This document shows positions 51,355 through 64,000 of a DNA stretch of 64,000 nt, piece by piece. The translations under genes and the position numbers were made by a program. The stretch is from Glaucostegus cemiculus (lineage: Eukaryota), in NCBI GenBank assembly GCA_976551045.1, contig CDPCPM010000344.1, positions 11,284,001 to 11,348,000 of the forward strand, in the 5' to 3' direction. The notes beneath the pieces are model-generated. The model was not told the origin of the DNA, made no database searches, and saw only the letters and a list, made by a program, of their open reading frames with translations. Every line of letters starts with the position of its first letter. Within the stretch, counting starts at the first letter, position 1.

Positions 51355-53215
51355 CAACAGAACATAAGGCAATAATAGCAGTAGTAGGCCATCTGGCTCT
51401 TCGAGCCTGTTCTGTCAGTCATCAAGATTGGTATGATCTTCTACCTCAGTGCCTTTTTCCAGCACTATTCCCATATCTTTTGATTCCTCCAATGCCCAGA
51501 AATCTACCAATCTCTGTTTTGAATGTATACAAACACCATCTTCCACAGCCTTGTGGAGTGGAGAATTCTGAAGGTTGATCAACTTCTGAAGGGAAAAATT
51601 TCTCCTCATTTCAGTCCTAATCGTTCAGGTACTTCCCCTTGCCTTGGACTCCTCAACAAGGGAAAACGGCTTTTCTGCATCTGGACTATCAAACCTTTAA
51701 GAATTTTGTATGTTTCAATGAGATCTTTTCTAAACTTGGGAATATAGTTTCCTGTCTATCAATCACTCATATGCAATCCTGCCAGCCCTAGAATCAGAGC
51801 ATCTGTACTGCACTCCCTCATTGGCAATGTCTCACTTCGAACCCAACGGCTGTGAAGGAGGATGAAGGCTGCAACAAATCCATCAGCTCCAATCATCGTT
51901 GTTTCTATGCCATTGAAATCAGTTGGTTGATTTGTGAAGTATCGTGTGCTTTTTGTAGTGCAACATCAAGTGCACATTAAACAAATACACACAGAGTCAT
52001 CTTCGCTCTGTGGGCTACTTGAGAGCCCATAAATAGATCAATGGAAGGAAGACCATCACCCTCAACCTCAAGGGTTAACCACGACAACGAGTATTATCAG
52101 CCAACTTGGAAATATGAGCTTTGATCCCTTCAGCCATATTGTTAATATAAATTGTGAAAAGCTGGGGCCCAGCCACTAGTCTTGTCATTCCCTAAGCTTA
52201 AAGCAATCTTATTTTATTCCCTCTTTGCTTTCCATCTGATACCCAATTTTCAATCTATGTCAGGATGTGCCATTCCTTATCGAAAACCTTCTGAAAATCC
52301 AAATATGCCATATCCACTGGTTTTCCCCCATATCTGTTCTACCAGTTACATCGTCAAAGATCTCCAGTAGACTAGTCAAATATGACTTGCCCTTCACAAA
52401 TCCATATCGGCTCTGCTCAATCAAATTATTGTTTTCAAGATGTTCTGTTATTATATCCTTCATTACAGACTCAAGCATTTTCCTACTAGTGTCATTAAGC
52501 TACTTGGTTTTTCTCACCTTTCTTAAAGATTGGGACCTCATTTTCTACTCTCCACTGCACAGGAATTGCAGAATCAATAAAACTTCAGAAGGTAATAACC
52601 AGATCATTCACTATCTTTAAAGTCACATATTTTTCCAAAACTCAGATTTATATCATTGGGTCTTTAGGGTTTATCAGCTCACTAACTTCTCCAGCACTAT
52701 TTTTTGACATATTTATTTTTCTTCAGTTCTCCATTCTTGCTGGACTCTTGATTCACCAAAATATCTGACAGGTTTTGTGTATCTCTGCTATTTCCATATT
52801 CCTCATTATAAATTCTCCTGTCTCTATCTGCAAGGGGCCCACACTTGCCCTTTTAAGACTTTTCCTTTTTATGTACTATAATAGCTCTTAATTTTTATGT
52901 TTCTCTAGTCTACTGTCATACTCCACCATGTCTGTCTTTATCAACTTCTTGGCCCTTCCATGCCAAGTACTAAAAAAAACTCCCAGTCCTCAAATCTACT
53001 GCTGTTTCTAGCAAAGCTGTTTCTAGCAAACCATTTTCCCTCACATTTTACCCTCTGCTTATCCACCGTCATACCTTTCAATGTATTCTTCCAATCAACT
53101 ACAGTCAATTCTTCTCTCATCCCTTCATAGTTTCCTTTGTTTGGATGTAAGAGCATAGTTTCACACTGAAGCTTATCATTTTCCAACACAGTGGCAGATT
53201 CCATTTATATTATGG
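51355..53215 (-). mobile_element. CR1 LINE fragment nested in the Gypsy pol region
   Basis: Minus peptides NKGNYEGMREELTVVDW and MLESVMKDIITEHLENNNLIEQSRYGFVKGKSYLTSLLEIFDDVT; 3' end aacataag...gtaggccat. Confidence 0.8.
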
Positions 53216-53234
53216 CCACTCTTTTCTCCCTGCA

Positions 53235-53444
53235 CAGGTCATCTCCAGGTTACGGCGGGGTTCCGTTCTTGTGAACTATTCGTAACCCGAACAGTTTGCA
53301 AGTCAGAAATGAGGCTGCAAACTGAGTTCCCAGGCAGCAGAAGATGCCAGCAGCCGGCAAGTCCATCCTGCTGGTCTCCCAAATGAATTGTTCATATGCA
53401 CAGGCTACACACAAGTCGGGTGTTCGTACCCTGGGGAGGACCTG
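53235..53444. mobile_element. Tc1/mariner (Tigger-type) MITE, 210 bp
   Basis: TIRs caggtcatctccaggttacg / cgtaccctggggaggacctg (17/20 match); flanked by CA and TA (TA target duplication with one side mutated). Confidence 0.75.
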
Positions 53445-54751
53445 TACTGGTTTGGCATCAACCTTGATGTGGATGTGTGCCTTGCAGCCTGTATGCCAGT
53501 ATAACATTAAAAATTTTTCATATTTTTGCAAGTGTATCTGAGTGTAATTTCACAGTATCTGGAAGCAAAGTTTTCTGACTGATCCTTAGTTTTCTCAACC
53601 AATTTTATTTAGTCATATCAGTCATTTTGTGCAGTCAGCTGCAAATGATGTCAATTCTAATCGTTGACCATTTTAGTACAATGCATTGTCAATGACTTAA
53701 ATCCTTCAGTACTTTAGGACATAGCTTGAAACTTAAATGACGGTGGCTGTATTTCCTGCTGTAACTATCTCTCACAGGTCAGTTTGCTGCTGTATCAATG
53801 TTGATTTTCACTCACTGGTCATTGATCTGTAATTGTATCTTGAACTGCCATTTCCACATGAAGCATAAGGCTCTATGAAAGTCTAATTCTACCCTATCCA
53901 AATTGACTACAATGATATACAGACTCCATTTCTGTATTCCACTGCTGGACATAGTTCCTTGGTCACATTATTAACTTGCTGCTGGTTAGTTGGTTTGGAT
54001 TAAAGTGCCAGTACACACATTCCTCCTTCTGACAGTTTTAAAAAAAAACAGGCCTACTGTGAATGGCTCCCTTTGCATCTGAAGCAAGAGCCTGTGCAAT
54101 CATGTGATGCTGGCTTTGTTACAAGAGCTGGCTTTTGCTGCTGTCTTCTGACTGTAAATTACCATTGTATTTGTGCCAGGTAATGAATGAAATTCCTTGA
54201 CACTTTTTCTGCAACCATTTTTTGAGTTTGCAATTTTGCAAGCTGGATTAGACACAAGACTCCACATGCTTAATGATTTGGACTGAATCCCTTTACCATT
54301 TTAGCCACATACAAATCTATCCTGCAGTGTACGGTTTAAGAATTCATCAAAATTGCAATATCTGGATAAATCCTTTAATGCAACAGTATAGTTGCTGCTT
54401 CTGCTTTTGATTCCTTGTGTGAAACTTGTAACTTTCTACTGTTTTGTATGGTTGAGGATTAACATAATCCTTCAATTTCTGCACTATTTGAGTGAAACAT
54501 CTTTGGTTGTTTGTGGGTCTACTAGATTAGTAGTCATTTGATAGAGCCTATCTCTTTTTAACTGTTAGTATTCTGGGCCTGTGCATTTTCAAGGCAATCC
54601 TTCAGTTCCAAATTATTACTAACAGTAAAGAGCATTTAATTATTTTATGCTGTAAAGGCCTCACATGCTCGAATGTACACTCCCAGGCTGTCCCTTTATC
54701 CTACCCAAGTTTGAGCTGCCAGTTTGTCCTGTTTCCTATCTAACCAATAAC

Positions 54752-54945
54752 ACTGGAGCAAAAGGCAATCTGCTGGAGAAACTCAATGGGTTGAGCAGCA
54801 TCAGTGGGGGTGGGCAAAGCAATTGATGACATTTTGGGTCAAGAGCCTGCCTCAGGACTGAGAGTGGAGAAGGAAGGTAGCTGGTATGAAGAGGAGAGGA
54901 GGAGGGTCGAGACAGGAGCCCCCAGGTGATACATGGACTGAGGAG
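54752..54945. mobile_element. Penelope-derived short element, decayed
   Basis: ctggagcaaaaggcaatctgctggagaaactcaatgggttgagcagcatc...ttttgggtcaagagcctgcctcaggactg. Confidence 0.55.
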
Positions 54946-56084
54946 GGGTGATGCTGCTGCACACACTGACCACTTCTCCACTGTTCAGTTCTTCTGCCAT
55001 TAGTGTATCTCTGACAGCAATGCTGACCACTGGGGCCTTTTTAATTACCACTGTCTGAGCACTGGATACAAACTTAATGACTCATTGTATATCCAGGAAA
55101 ACCCTAATGCTCCAGAAAATTTCTTGTCCCGCCTGTGAAGTTTTGAGATCCTGTGGCCAGTAATGTCAATCAGCAATGCTCAGTGGGTGCTTTGAAGAAA
55201 AAAACTACCAATATTTTTCTGGACCCAATACACCTTGGTCCTACTGATTGCCTTCGTCACCAGTTGTAATATTTTGGGAGATACCTGTCAGCCACCATTG
55301 GGCTGGTAATTATTCTCATCTCCAGGAGATGTCAGGAGCTCCAGAATATGTGTTAACTCTGTGTTGCAGACTAACAGTTATCAAGTGGGCTTATTGGCAC
55401 ATGTTATTACACTGTGCATGCACACACACTCCTACACCTACATACACCCCTACACTTCTCCACACCTGCTCAACTTCAAAAGTATCCTTAAATACTACCA
55501 AATTTTCCATTTCGTTTCAATTCCCCCCTCCTGTTTGGGGCTCACCTCAGGTTCTATGTTATTGTTAGTATTCACTTTAACTTATAAAATGTTCAAAACA
55601 ACCCAGGCAATTGCAGTATATGCCCATTAACAATTTTTCAACTAAATCCAGAGATAAAGCTAACAAACCACAAACCAGTCCCAAACATGAGTTCAAGTAA
55701 TTTAATACCAATTCGGTTACACATATGACATTTGTTTCCCTTTAATGCTTATTTAATGAAAAATAAATAAATTGATATATATAATGATCCTGTGTATGTT
55801 TCTGATTATAGGACAAAATTAGTTTTTGGCTTAAATGTGATTTTTTTTTTGTGACTATTTTAGGATGGTGTTGTTTGCTGTGCTGGAATTTAGAATGAAT
55901 CTGTACCAGATCTGATGGTCATAATTTTCTAATGTCAGAGCCTTGGGGAAGAAGCTTTCATAAAGTCAATAAACTGCTGAATACATTCCTTCAATTCTCC
56001 CTGTCTGGCTGCATTCCATGTGGATAATTGAAGGCTCCGTTTGAGTTTGATAGACTCAGTGGTGGAGCATTGGTTGGCTGGGAC

Positions 56085-56990
56085 TGGAATATAGGAAAGG
56101 GTTGGGTCCTTCAGTCCTAAGAGCCTGTTTTACCATTACATCAGATCATACCTAATCTGTATAATATGTACATTTATTTGCTATTATTTTATAACTGTTG
56201 ATATCTTTAACTCGGGTCTTGAAAAGCTTGGCACTAATTTTAAACTTGTATCCTTTTGCTCTGGGTACCCTCAAAGAGGAAATAGTTCTCTCTACTCTTT
56301 GTTTTATTCAGTGTAAAGATCTCAATTGAAACCCCACTTAATCCCATTAATTATTTTTGTACCATTCCACAGGTTTCCTCCACAATCCTAGCTTCTTTCC
56401 TCCATTTGGATAATAATCTGATACCTTTTGGTGCTAAACGGACAATTTAAGACTTCCTCCATGCATAAAACCATGCGGGAAGGCCAGATGTTTCACTTAG
56501 CTTGTACTATGCATGATCTCTGTGGTCAAATTCTACCATCTAGAATACACAGCCGTTACCTCTTCTCCCCAACTTATACTTCCTAATCAATTCCCTACAC
56601 ACACCAATTCAGTAAGATTTAATTTTTGTTAACCATCTCTAATGAGGAATCATATTAAATGTCTTCTGGAAACCCATACAAGTCACAACAACAGACCCTC
56701 TCTTATTTACCATATTGGTTACGTCATCAAAAAATTCAGGTAGGTTGGACATAACTTTAGAAATCCACACAGGATTTCTCAAATCATTTCATCTTTGTCT
56801 AAGTGCTGAGTCACTCTCTCCCTAATAATAGATTCCAAAAGCTTCCCAGCAGCAGATGTAAGACCAACAGGCCTATAATTTCCTAGTTTATCTATTTTAC
56901 TCTTCTTAAATAGTGGAGTGACACTAGTAATTTTCCAATCCAAAGTGATAATTCCTGAAATGAGAGAGATTTGCAAGAGAGTGCTAGGAG
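56085..56990 (-). mobile_element. Old CR1 LINE RT fragment
   Basis: Minus ORF DWKITSVTPLFKKSKIDKLGNYRPVGLTSAAGKLLESIIRE. Confidence 0.75.
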
Positions 56991-57784
56991 AATGGTAATT
57001 AGAGAGTACAGATTCCCTGGTGTGGTTCATTCATGCTGCTTTAATGTATTGAGAAGACTTGAGACTCAAGGACATCCTTGGAGTCTACTGCTTATGGACC
57101 CAATAGGGCAATAAGGTGTGGTAGTTCAAAGACAGGCACAGTTTTAGATTTAAGAAGCTGTAGAACAGGAGAAAAAAGGATATAAATTGTCAATCATCAT
57201 GATCTTCTGAAATGGAGAGTAGGAGATGATGTGTTAAGGTTTGATTTCAACACATCAAAGAGCTCAAAGAAAATAGGACAGGAAATTACACAGAAGCAAC
57301 AACTGTAAAAGAATGAATGAAATACAGTAGGAAAAAATAGTTGTGAGGGAGTGAAGCTGACTGGAGACTAGAAAAAGGGAAAGAGAAAACCTATTAGATA
57401 GTGGACTGCATGCCTTTAGTTATATAATCATGGTGCCACTGGAAAAACTATTCAACTCATTGCTGAAGGAACTTTCAGGCCATGTGGAAATCTTTGGAAG
57501 TGCAGTGGATTAGATTTTCCTTTGATGTCCCCTCTAAAGTATGTAAGGATGCATATAACACTTCTCATAACTCCAAGGATGTACCAAAGTGCTTCTCAGT
57601 GGCATTCCTTTGCATGAAGTCTGTTTTAATGCAATAGGCATGGCTGCCAATTTGTGCACATCAAGCTCCCACAGTCAGTGTTGTGGTAGTCCTCAATTCT
57701 AGTCCTTTCAATTGCAGTAACGTGTAGACAATCACTTGGGTCAGTTCTCCAAATGAAACATTTTTATTTTGCGATTGACAGATG

Positions 57785-58001
57785 CTCACAGGTGATGTTA
57801 TAGAGGTGTATAAACTCATGAGGGGCACAGATAGGGTGAATGCAGACAGTTTTTTTTCCCAGGGAAAAGGAATCAAAAACTTCAAGGGCATAGATTTAAT
57901 GTGAGAAGGGCAAGGTTTAAAAGGTGACCTGAGGGGCAACTTATTCACACAGAGGGTGGTGAGTACCTGGAATGAGCTGCCAGAGGAAGTGGTTGAGGTA
58001 G
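57785..58001 (+). mobile_element. Host CR1 3' fragment, left part (continues at 61624-61770)
   Basis: ggtgatgttatagaggtgtataaa...ttcacacagagggtggtgagtacctggaatgagctgccagaggaagtggttgaggtag; resumes at ggtaggtccagttataacatttaaaagacacttggat. Confidence 0.8.
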
Positions 58002-61000
58002 ACAATAGGAGCAGAAGTAGACCATTCGGCCCTTCGAGTCTGCTCCGCCATTTTGAGATCATGGCTGATCCTCAACACTCAATATCCCGTTCCTGCCTTG
58101 TCCCCATATCCCTTGATTCCCCTATCTATTTAGAAACCTATCTAGCTCCTTCTTGAAAGTGCCCAGAGAATTGGCCTCCACTGCCTTCTGAGGCAGTGCA
58201 TTCCACAAACTCACAACCCTCTGGGAGAAGTAGTTTTTCCTCACCTCTGTCCTAAATGGCCTACCCCTTATTCTTAAATCATGCCCTCTGGTCCTGGACT
58301 TCCCCAACATCTGGAACATATTTCCTGTCTCTATCTTGTCCAATCCCTTAACGATCTTGTATGTTTCAATCAGATCCCCTCTCAATCTTCTCAATTCCAG
58401 CGTGTACAATCCTCTCTGCATAAGACAGTCCCGACATCCCCGGAATTAACCTCGTAAACCTACGCTGCACGCCCTCTATAGCCAGGATATCCTTCCTCAA
58501 CCCCAGAGACCAAAACTGTACACAATACTCCAGGAATGGCCTCACCAGGGCCCTGTACAAATGCAAAAGAATCTCTTTGCTCTTGTACTCAATTACCCTC
58601 ATAATACAGGCCAACATTCCATTAGCCTTCATCACCGCCTGCTGCACTTGCTCATTCACTTTCAGCGACTGATGAACAAGGACTCCTAGATCCCTTTGTA
58701 CCTCCCCTTTACCTAACTCCACACCATTCAGATGATAATCCGCCTTCCTGTTCCTGCTCCCAAAGTGGATAACCTCACACTTATCCACATTAAACTTCAT
58801 CTGCCAAGTATCTGCCCACTCACCCAACCTATCCAAGTCACCTTGAATCCTTCTAACTTCCTCTACACATGTCGCACTGCCACCCAACTTTGTATCATCA
58901 GCAAACTTGCTAATGTTATTCTCAATGCCTTCATCTAAATCATTAACATAGATCATAAACAGCTGCGGTCCCAGCACCGAGCTCTGCTGCACCCCACTAG
59001 TCACGGCCTGCCATTCCGAGAAACATCCATTCACCCCTACCCTTTGTTTCTTATCTGCCAACCAGTTTTCTATCCAAGTTAATACCCTCCCCCCCCCAAT
59101 TCCATGAGCCCTCATTTTACCCACCAATCTCCTGTACGGCACCTTATCAAACGCCTTCTGAAAGCCGAGGTACACAACATCCACCGAATCTCCCTCGTCT
59201 GTTTTCCTGGTTACATCCTCAAAAAACTCCAGTAGATTAGTCAAGCACGATTTGCCCTTGGTAAATCCATGTTGACTCGACCCAATCCTATCATTGCTAT
59301 CCAAATATGCCGCTATTTCATCCTTAATAATGGACTCTAGCATCTTCCCCACCACAGACGTCAGGCTAACCGGACGATAGTTCCCTGTTTTCTCTCTCCC
59401 TCCCTCCTTTCTTAAAAAGTGGGATAACATTGGCCATTCTCCAATCCTCAGGAACTGACCCAGAATCTATGGAACATCGGAAAATGATCACCAATGCATC
59501 CACAATTTCTAGAGCCACCTCCTTCAGTACCCTGGGATGCAGACCATCCAGACCTGGGGATTTGTCAGCCTTCAGCCCCATTAGTCTACCCATCACCATT
59601 TCTTTCCTAATGTCAATCCACTTCAGTTCCTCTATCACTTTCTGCCTTTTATCCATCCGTACCTCTGGGAGATTTCTTACGTCTTCCCCAGTGAATACAG
59701 ATCCAAAGTACATATTAAATTTGACTGCCATCTCCCTGTTTCCCGTAATAACTTCACCCGATTCAGTCTTCAAGGGCCCAACATTGTTCCTAACTAGCTT
59801 CTTTCCCTTCACATACCTAAAAAAGCTTTTGCTATCCTCTTTGATATTCCAAGCTAGCTTGCCTTCGTACCTCATTTTTTCTTCCCGAATTACCTTTTTA
59901 GTTAAATTCTGCTGCACCTTAAAAATTTCCCAATCTTCTGTCTTCCCACTCAGCTTAGCTCTGCCATACTTCTTCCTTTTTAACACTATGCTATCCCTGA
60001 CTTCCTTTGTCAGCCACGGTGGCCCCTTTCCCCTCTTTGAGTCTTTCCTTCTCTGGGGAATGAACTGATCCTGCACCTTGCGCATTATTCCCAAAAATAC
60101 CTGCCATTGCTGTTCCACCGTCAATTCTGCTAGGATGCCCATCCAGTCAACTTTAGCCAGCTCCTCCCTCATGGCTCCATAGTCTCCTTTGTTCAACTGC
60201 AATACTGTCCCTTCTGAATTGCCCTTTTCCCTCTCCACTTGCAGATAAAAACATCATATTATGGTCACTACCTCCCAATGGCTCCTTTACTTCGCGATCC
60301 CTTATCAAATCCTGCTCATTACACAGCACTAAATCCAGAATAGCCTTCTCCCTGGTCGGCTCTCGTACCAGCTGCTCCAAGAATGCATCCCCGAGGCACT
60401 CTATAAACTCCCTTTCCTGGGGTCCAGCACCAGCCTGATTCTCCCAGTCCACTTGCATATTGAAATCCCCCATAACTACCGTGACATTACCCTTGCCACA
60501 TGCCAACGTTAACTCACTATTCAGCTTGCACCCAATATCCATGCCACCATTTGGAGGCCTGTAGATAACACCCATTAGGGTCTTTTTGCCCTTACAGTTC
60601 CTCAGTTCTATCCACACTGACTCTACTTCTCCTGATTCAATGTTCCCCCTTGCAAGGGACTGGATCTCATTCCTCACCAACAAGGCCACCCCACCCCCTC
60701 TGCCCACCTTCCTGTCCTTATGATAGCACGTATACCCTTGAAAATTCATTTCCCAGGTCTGATCTCCCTGCAGCCATGTCTCCGTTATCCCAACAACATC
60801 ATACTTGCCCATTTGTATCTGAGCTTCAAGCTCACCTACCTTATTTCTGACACTCCGTGCATTCAGATATAGGATTTTTAACCCATTTCTCCTCTCTCCA
60901 TTCGTATTAATGTTCTGAAATTGTGTAGGTCCTACCTGTCCTCTACCCTCCATCTCGCTATCCTCTCTCTCATTCTGGATCCCCTCCCCCTGCCAATTTA

Positions 61001-61623
61001 GTTTAACCCCCCCGAGCAGCACTAGCAAACCTTCCTGCAAGCATGTCAATACCCCTCCAGTTCAGGTGTAAACCGTCCCGTTGGAACAGATCCCACCTTC
61101 CCTGGAACAAATCCCAATTATCCATAAACCTGAAGCCCTCCCTCTCGCACCATCCTCTCAGCCACGTATTAATCTGCCTAATCTTCCTATTCCTCTTCTC
61201 ACTCTCACGTGGCACAGGTAGCAATCCTGAGATTGTCACCCTGGATGTCCTGCCCCTCAATTTAGCACCTAACTCCCTGAACTCTTTACACAGGACCTCC
61301 TCTCTTTTCCTGCCCACGTCGTTAGTCCCTACATGGATAACAACATCTGGGTTCACTCCCTCCCTCCTGAGAATCACCTGAACCCGATCTGAGATATCCC
61401 GGACCCTGGCACCAGGGAGGCAACAGACCATCCGGAATTCCCGATCTTCCCCATAGAATTTCCCATCCGTTCCCCTGACTATAGAATCCCCTATCACTAC
61501 CGCTCTCCTCTCTTCCTTTTTCCCTTCTGAGTTGAGGGTCCAGTCTCGGTGCCAGAGACCGGACCTCCGCAACTAGTTCCTGGTAGGTCATCCCCACCAA
61601 CAGTATCCAAAGCGGTATACTTT
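58002..61623 (-). mobile_element. Relatively young CR1 LINE: ORF1 with SGNH esterase domain + ORF2 APE endonuclease/RT, 5'-truncated, few frameshifts
   Basis: ORF1 VVIGDSIVRG, HVGTND, DGLH; APE LYLNARS, GITETW, YRPP, MGDFN, SDH; RT QHGF, FQKAFDKV, FADD; ORF2 split into long ORFs of 298/290/354/99 aa; 3' tail acaatag. Confidence 0.95.
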
Positions 61624-61882
61624 GGTAGGTCCAGTTATAACATTTAAAAGACACTTGGATAGGTACATGGGTTGGAAAGAGTTATGGACTGGGTGCAGGT
61701 AAATGGGACTAGCAGAATAACGTTTCAGCACAGACCAGCAAGGCCGAATGCCCTGTTTTCTGTGCTGTAGTGTTCTATGGTTTAGGGGATATGCAGACAA
61801 ATGAGACTAGCTCAGTTAGGCAACTAGGTCAGTATGGACAAGTTGGGCCAAAGGGCCTGTTTCCATTACTCTATGACTCTAT
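61624..61882 (+). mobile_element. Host CR1 3' end (right part) plus a second short CR1 3' tail
   Basis: catttaaaagacacttggataggtacatgg...ctgtgctgtagtgttctatg, then ggtcagtatggacaagttgggccaaagggcctgtttcc...ctatgactctat. Confidence 0.7.
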
Positions 61883-64000
61883 AAGGTTGAATTGTGGCAA
61901 ATTACATTATAATGCAAATAATTTCTTTTAGTGATGTTGATTAGGGTATTGATATTGGTCAGGTCAGGAAGGAAAGCCAGCAGACAGTGTGGGAAAATCT
62001 GCTGCTAGTTTCCTCTATTTCCCTTGATCTCCATTTGGGCTCAAGGAAATCTCCTACAATCTGGGCTGTTCTTCCCTCATGAAGCACCCTTTGCTCCCTT
62101 AGATGTAACAGCTTAAATCTCACTGCAGTGCTGCGAGTATTTTCTGAACTTGTGATGGGGATTCTGTCGTGCCATGGGAACCTCAGCTTGTGAACACAGA
62201 TAAGAAGCTGGGTTGTGGCTGGGATCAAAAGTAGGCAGTCAAGGTCATGATCTGCTGACATCAAGAACACATGAGTTGACATGCCTTCAAAACCAAGGCA
62301 GACAAATCAAAATAAAATGCGGGCTAGCATCAGTGATCACAATGCTGGTCTATTTTTTTCTCAGGATGTGAGAATATTTTTTTTGAAATGAACAAAAAAG
62401 AGTTTAACTGGGTTTAAATGAGAAATTGATTTCCCAATGAGCTTGAATCTTCATTTAATTAAATGAATTGCTCTCGAAACAGCAGCAAATGCAGAGGCCC
62501 TCAGGAGCTGATGAACCTCGTGAATTAACTGGACTATTATCGAGACAGGCCTCAATTCTATTCCTTTCAATTGCACCGATGTGTAGGCAACTCGTGATGT
62601 ATCTGTGATCCATTACCTGGGTCAGTGCTCCTGATGAGACTATTTTTTTTGCAGTTGACAAATGCACATGAGATTGAATTGTGGCAAATTACATTATAAT
62701 GCATATAATTTAGCCTCATGAAGCTATGAATAGTCTGCCCTAAGGCAGGGGCCCACAGAATACAATGCTAAAATAGCTGAAAAATACAAGAAGCTTATTA
62801 AACTCTGGGAAAAATAGGAAAGCTAAATTTGGAGAGGAATACCTGAAAGGGATATCTGTACTCTGTGTTAGAAGGCAATGTTCTATTCCACATGTACTCT
62901 CATATGTAACTGCACTTCCTTGCACAATTATGCAGCAAGCAACACATAAGGACTCTTCTCAAAGTTCTTGGGACGTGGAGAAAGTCAACCAAGTTCAGTG
63001 TTCCTGGTGCCCATGCAGTGATTTTTGCTGCAAAGTGGATTTGTATTCACATTGTGTTAGGACAAGTAAGAGGTGGTTGCAGTCCCTTTCAAGGTTAAAT
63101 GCATTATCAACAACAATGTCTACACAGGGGCTTTGACGAAGTGAAATATTCCAAAGCACTTTGCATTTGGGCTAGCAAACAAAATTTGACACAGAATTAG
63201 GTAGGGAGACATAAGGGAAAGTGAAGAAGTATGTTTTATACTGTGTCTTAAAGGAAGAGAAGGAGCTAGAGAGGTGTAGTGAAGGAATTCTAGTAAAAGT
63301 AAAGCTGTCAATGGTGCTGCAAGTAAAATGGGGAATGCACAAGAGGTCTGAATTGGTCCATGCTTGATGTTTAGGCTTACGTATAAGGAATGGTCAGTGG
63401 TATGGGTAGACAGAGGTGGCTATAGAGTAATACCCTGGGACATCAGTGCCTTTAGGAAAGTGAGGGGAGAGAAAATCAGATGTTGGGGGAGGAAGGAGAG
63501 AAATATTTAAAGTTTAATTGTGAGCTATCCTTGGATAATCGCCATCAGACAAAGAGCTGGGGTTAAGGAGAGACAGGCATGATAAAGAAGGTGGGAAATT
63601 GAAAGATCAAGTTACATGAATACTTATCTTCTTAGATAGGAAAGCATCCTTCACACTACTCCCTTAGGCATTTACAACTGGCTTCAAACCACTAACCATG
63701 TGTACCCATGGAAGAATCCTCACTTGAGTAATGAAGACAACTGCGCCTTCAGTGGACAATCTGTCTTTTTGCTTCAGCCACTTCTCTTTTTTTCTGATTA
63801 AATCTCCAAATGAATAATTAAACAGCCTCCAGGTGAAGATTTGCTATTTACCTTTTTTACCTGCTGTTTGTAAAACCATAACTAAGCACAAATTCTTATG
63901 GCAATGTATCAATATATTCTATTTCTTTAATATGTATATAATAATATACTTTGTGCCCTCATTAAAAATGTGTTACAGTGAATCAAAAAGACTTAATACC

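Larger units (their letters stand above)
49480..54700 (-). mobile_element. Decayed Ty3/Gypsy LTR retrotransposon internal region, interrupted by nested insertions
   Basis: Minus-strand order: gag-like (~54.0-54.7k, weak), KAHIHIKVDAKPV (53.5k), RT SEWAAPFVQFPIADKTIRL..NQVVNDEQYPL (51.1-51.3k), RNaseH MDNGHEKSTTFMSCTLNK (50.4k), integrase IPIALKVQILDELY and WRWPTQ (49.6-49.8k). Integrase after RNaseH is the Gypsy order; LTRs not identified. Confidence 0.78.

Noticed and set aside
54950-55560. Possible 5' LTR of the Gypsy element
   Set aside because: I could not find a matching second copy, TG..CA ends or a primer-binding site
59430-60068. 212-aa plus-strand ORF (also 44305-44877 minus, 61043-61381 plus)
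   Set aside because: Antisense shadows of CR1 ORFs; no independent evidence for a gene
61003-61572. SGNH/GDSL hydrolase ORF as a stand-alone or horizontally acquired gene
   Set aside because: Directly upstream of APE-RT on the same strand; the known esterase domain of CR1-clade ORF1

Overview
Eukaryotic (vertebrate) genomic DNA, most likely a cartilaginous fish (ray/shark), judged from its repeat families. Positions 1349-38976 (+) carry the last 10 coding exons of an ARHGEF10L-type Rho GEF gene. All introns are GT-AG, the phases join correctly, and the exons total 1761 nt (586 aa + stop); the 5' part of the gene lies outside the window. A ~2.6 kb 3' UTR with no repeats I could recognise follows, with an AATAAA at 41587. 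The introns and the downstream ~22 kb are filled with transposon remains: CR1 LINEs (one relatively young, with an SGNH-esterase ORF1 and APE-RT ORF2), tRNA-derived SINEs, Rex1/Babar and Tx1-like fragments, a decayed Gypsy with nested insertions, a Tigger-type MITE, and about a dozen short Penelope-derived, often fold-back repeats with minimal hammerhead-ribozyme-like motifs. I found no clear new protein-coding system. The best leads are the hammerhead-bearing fold-back family, an unexplained 79-bp inverted repeat bracketing one exon, several splice-site oddities and some candidate conserved non-coding elements. All family assignments come from motif recognition by eye, not from database searches.
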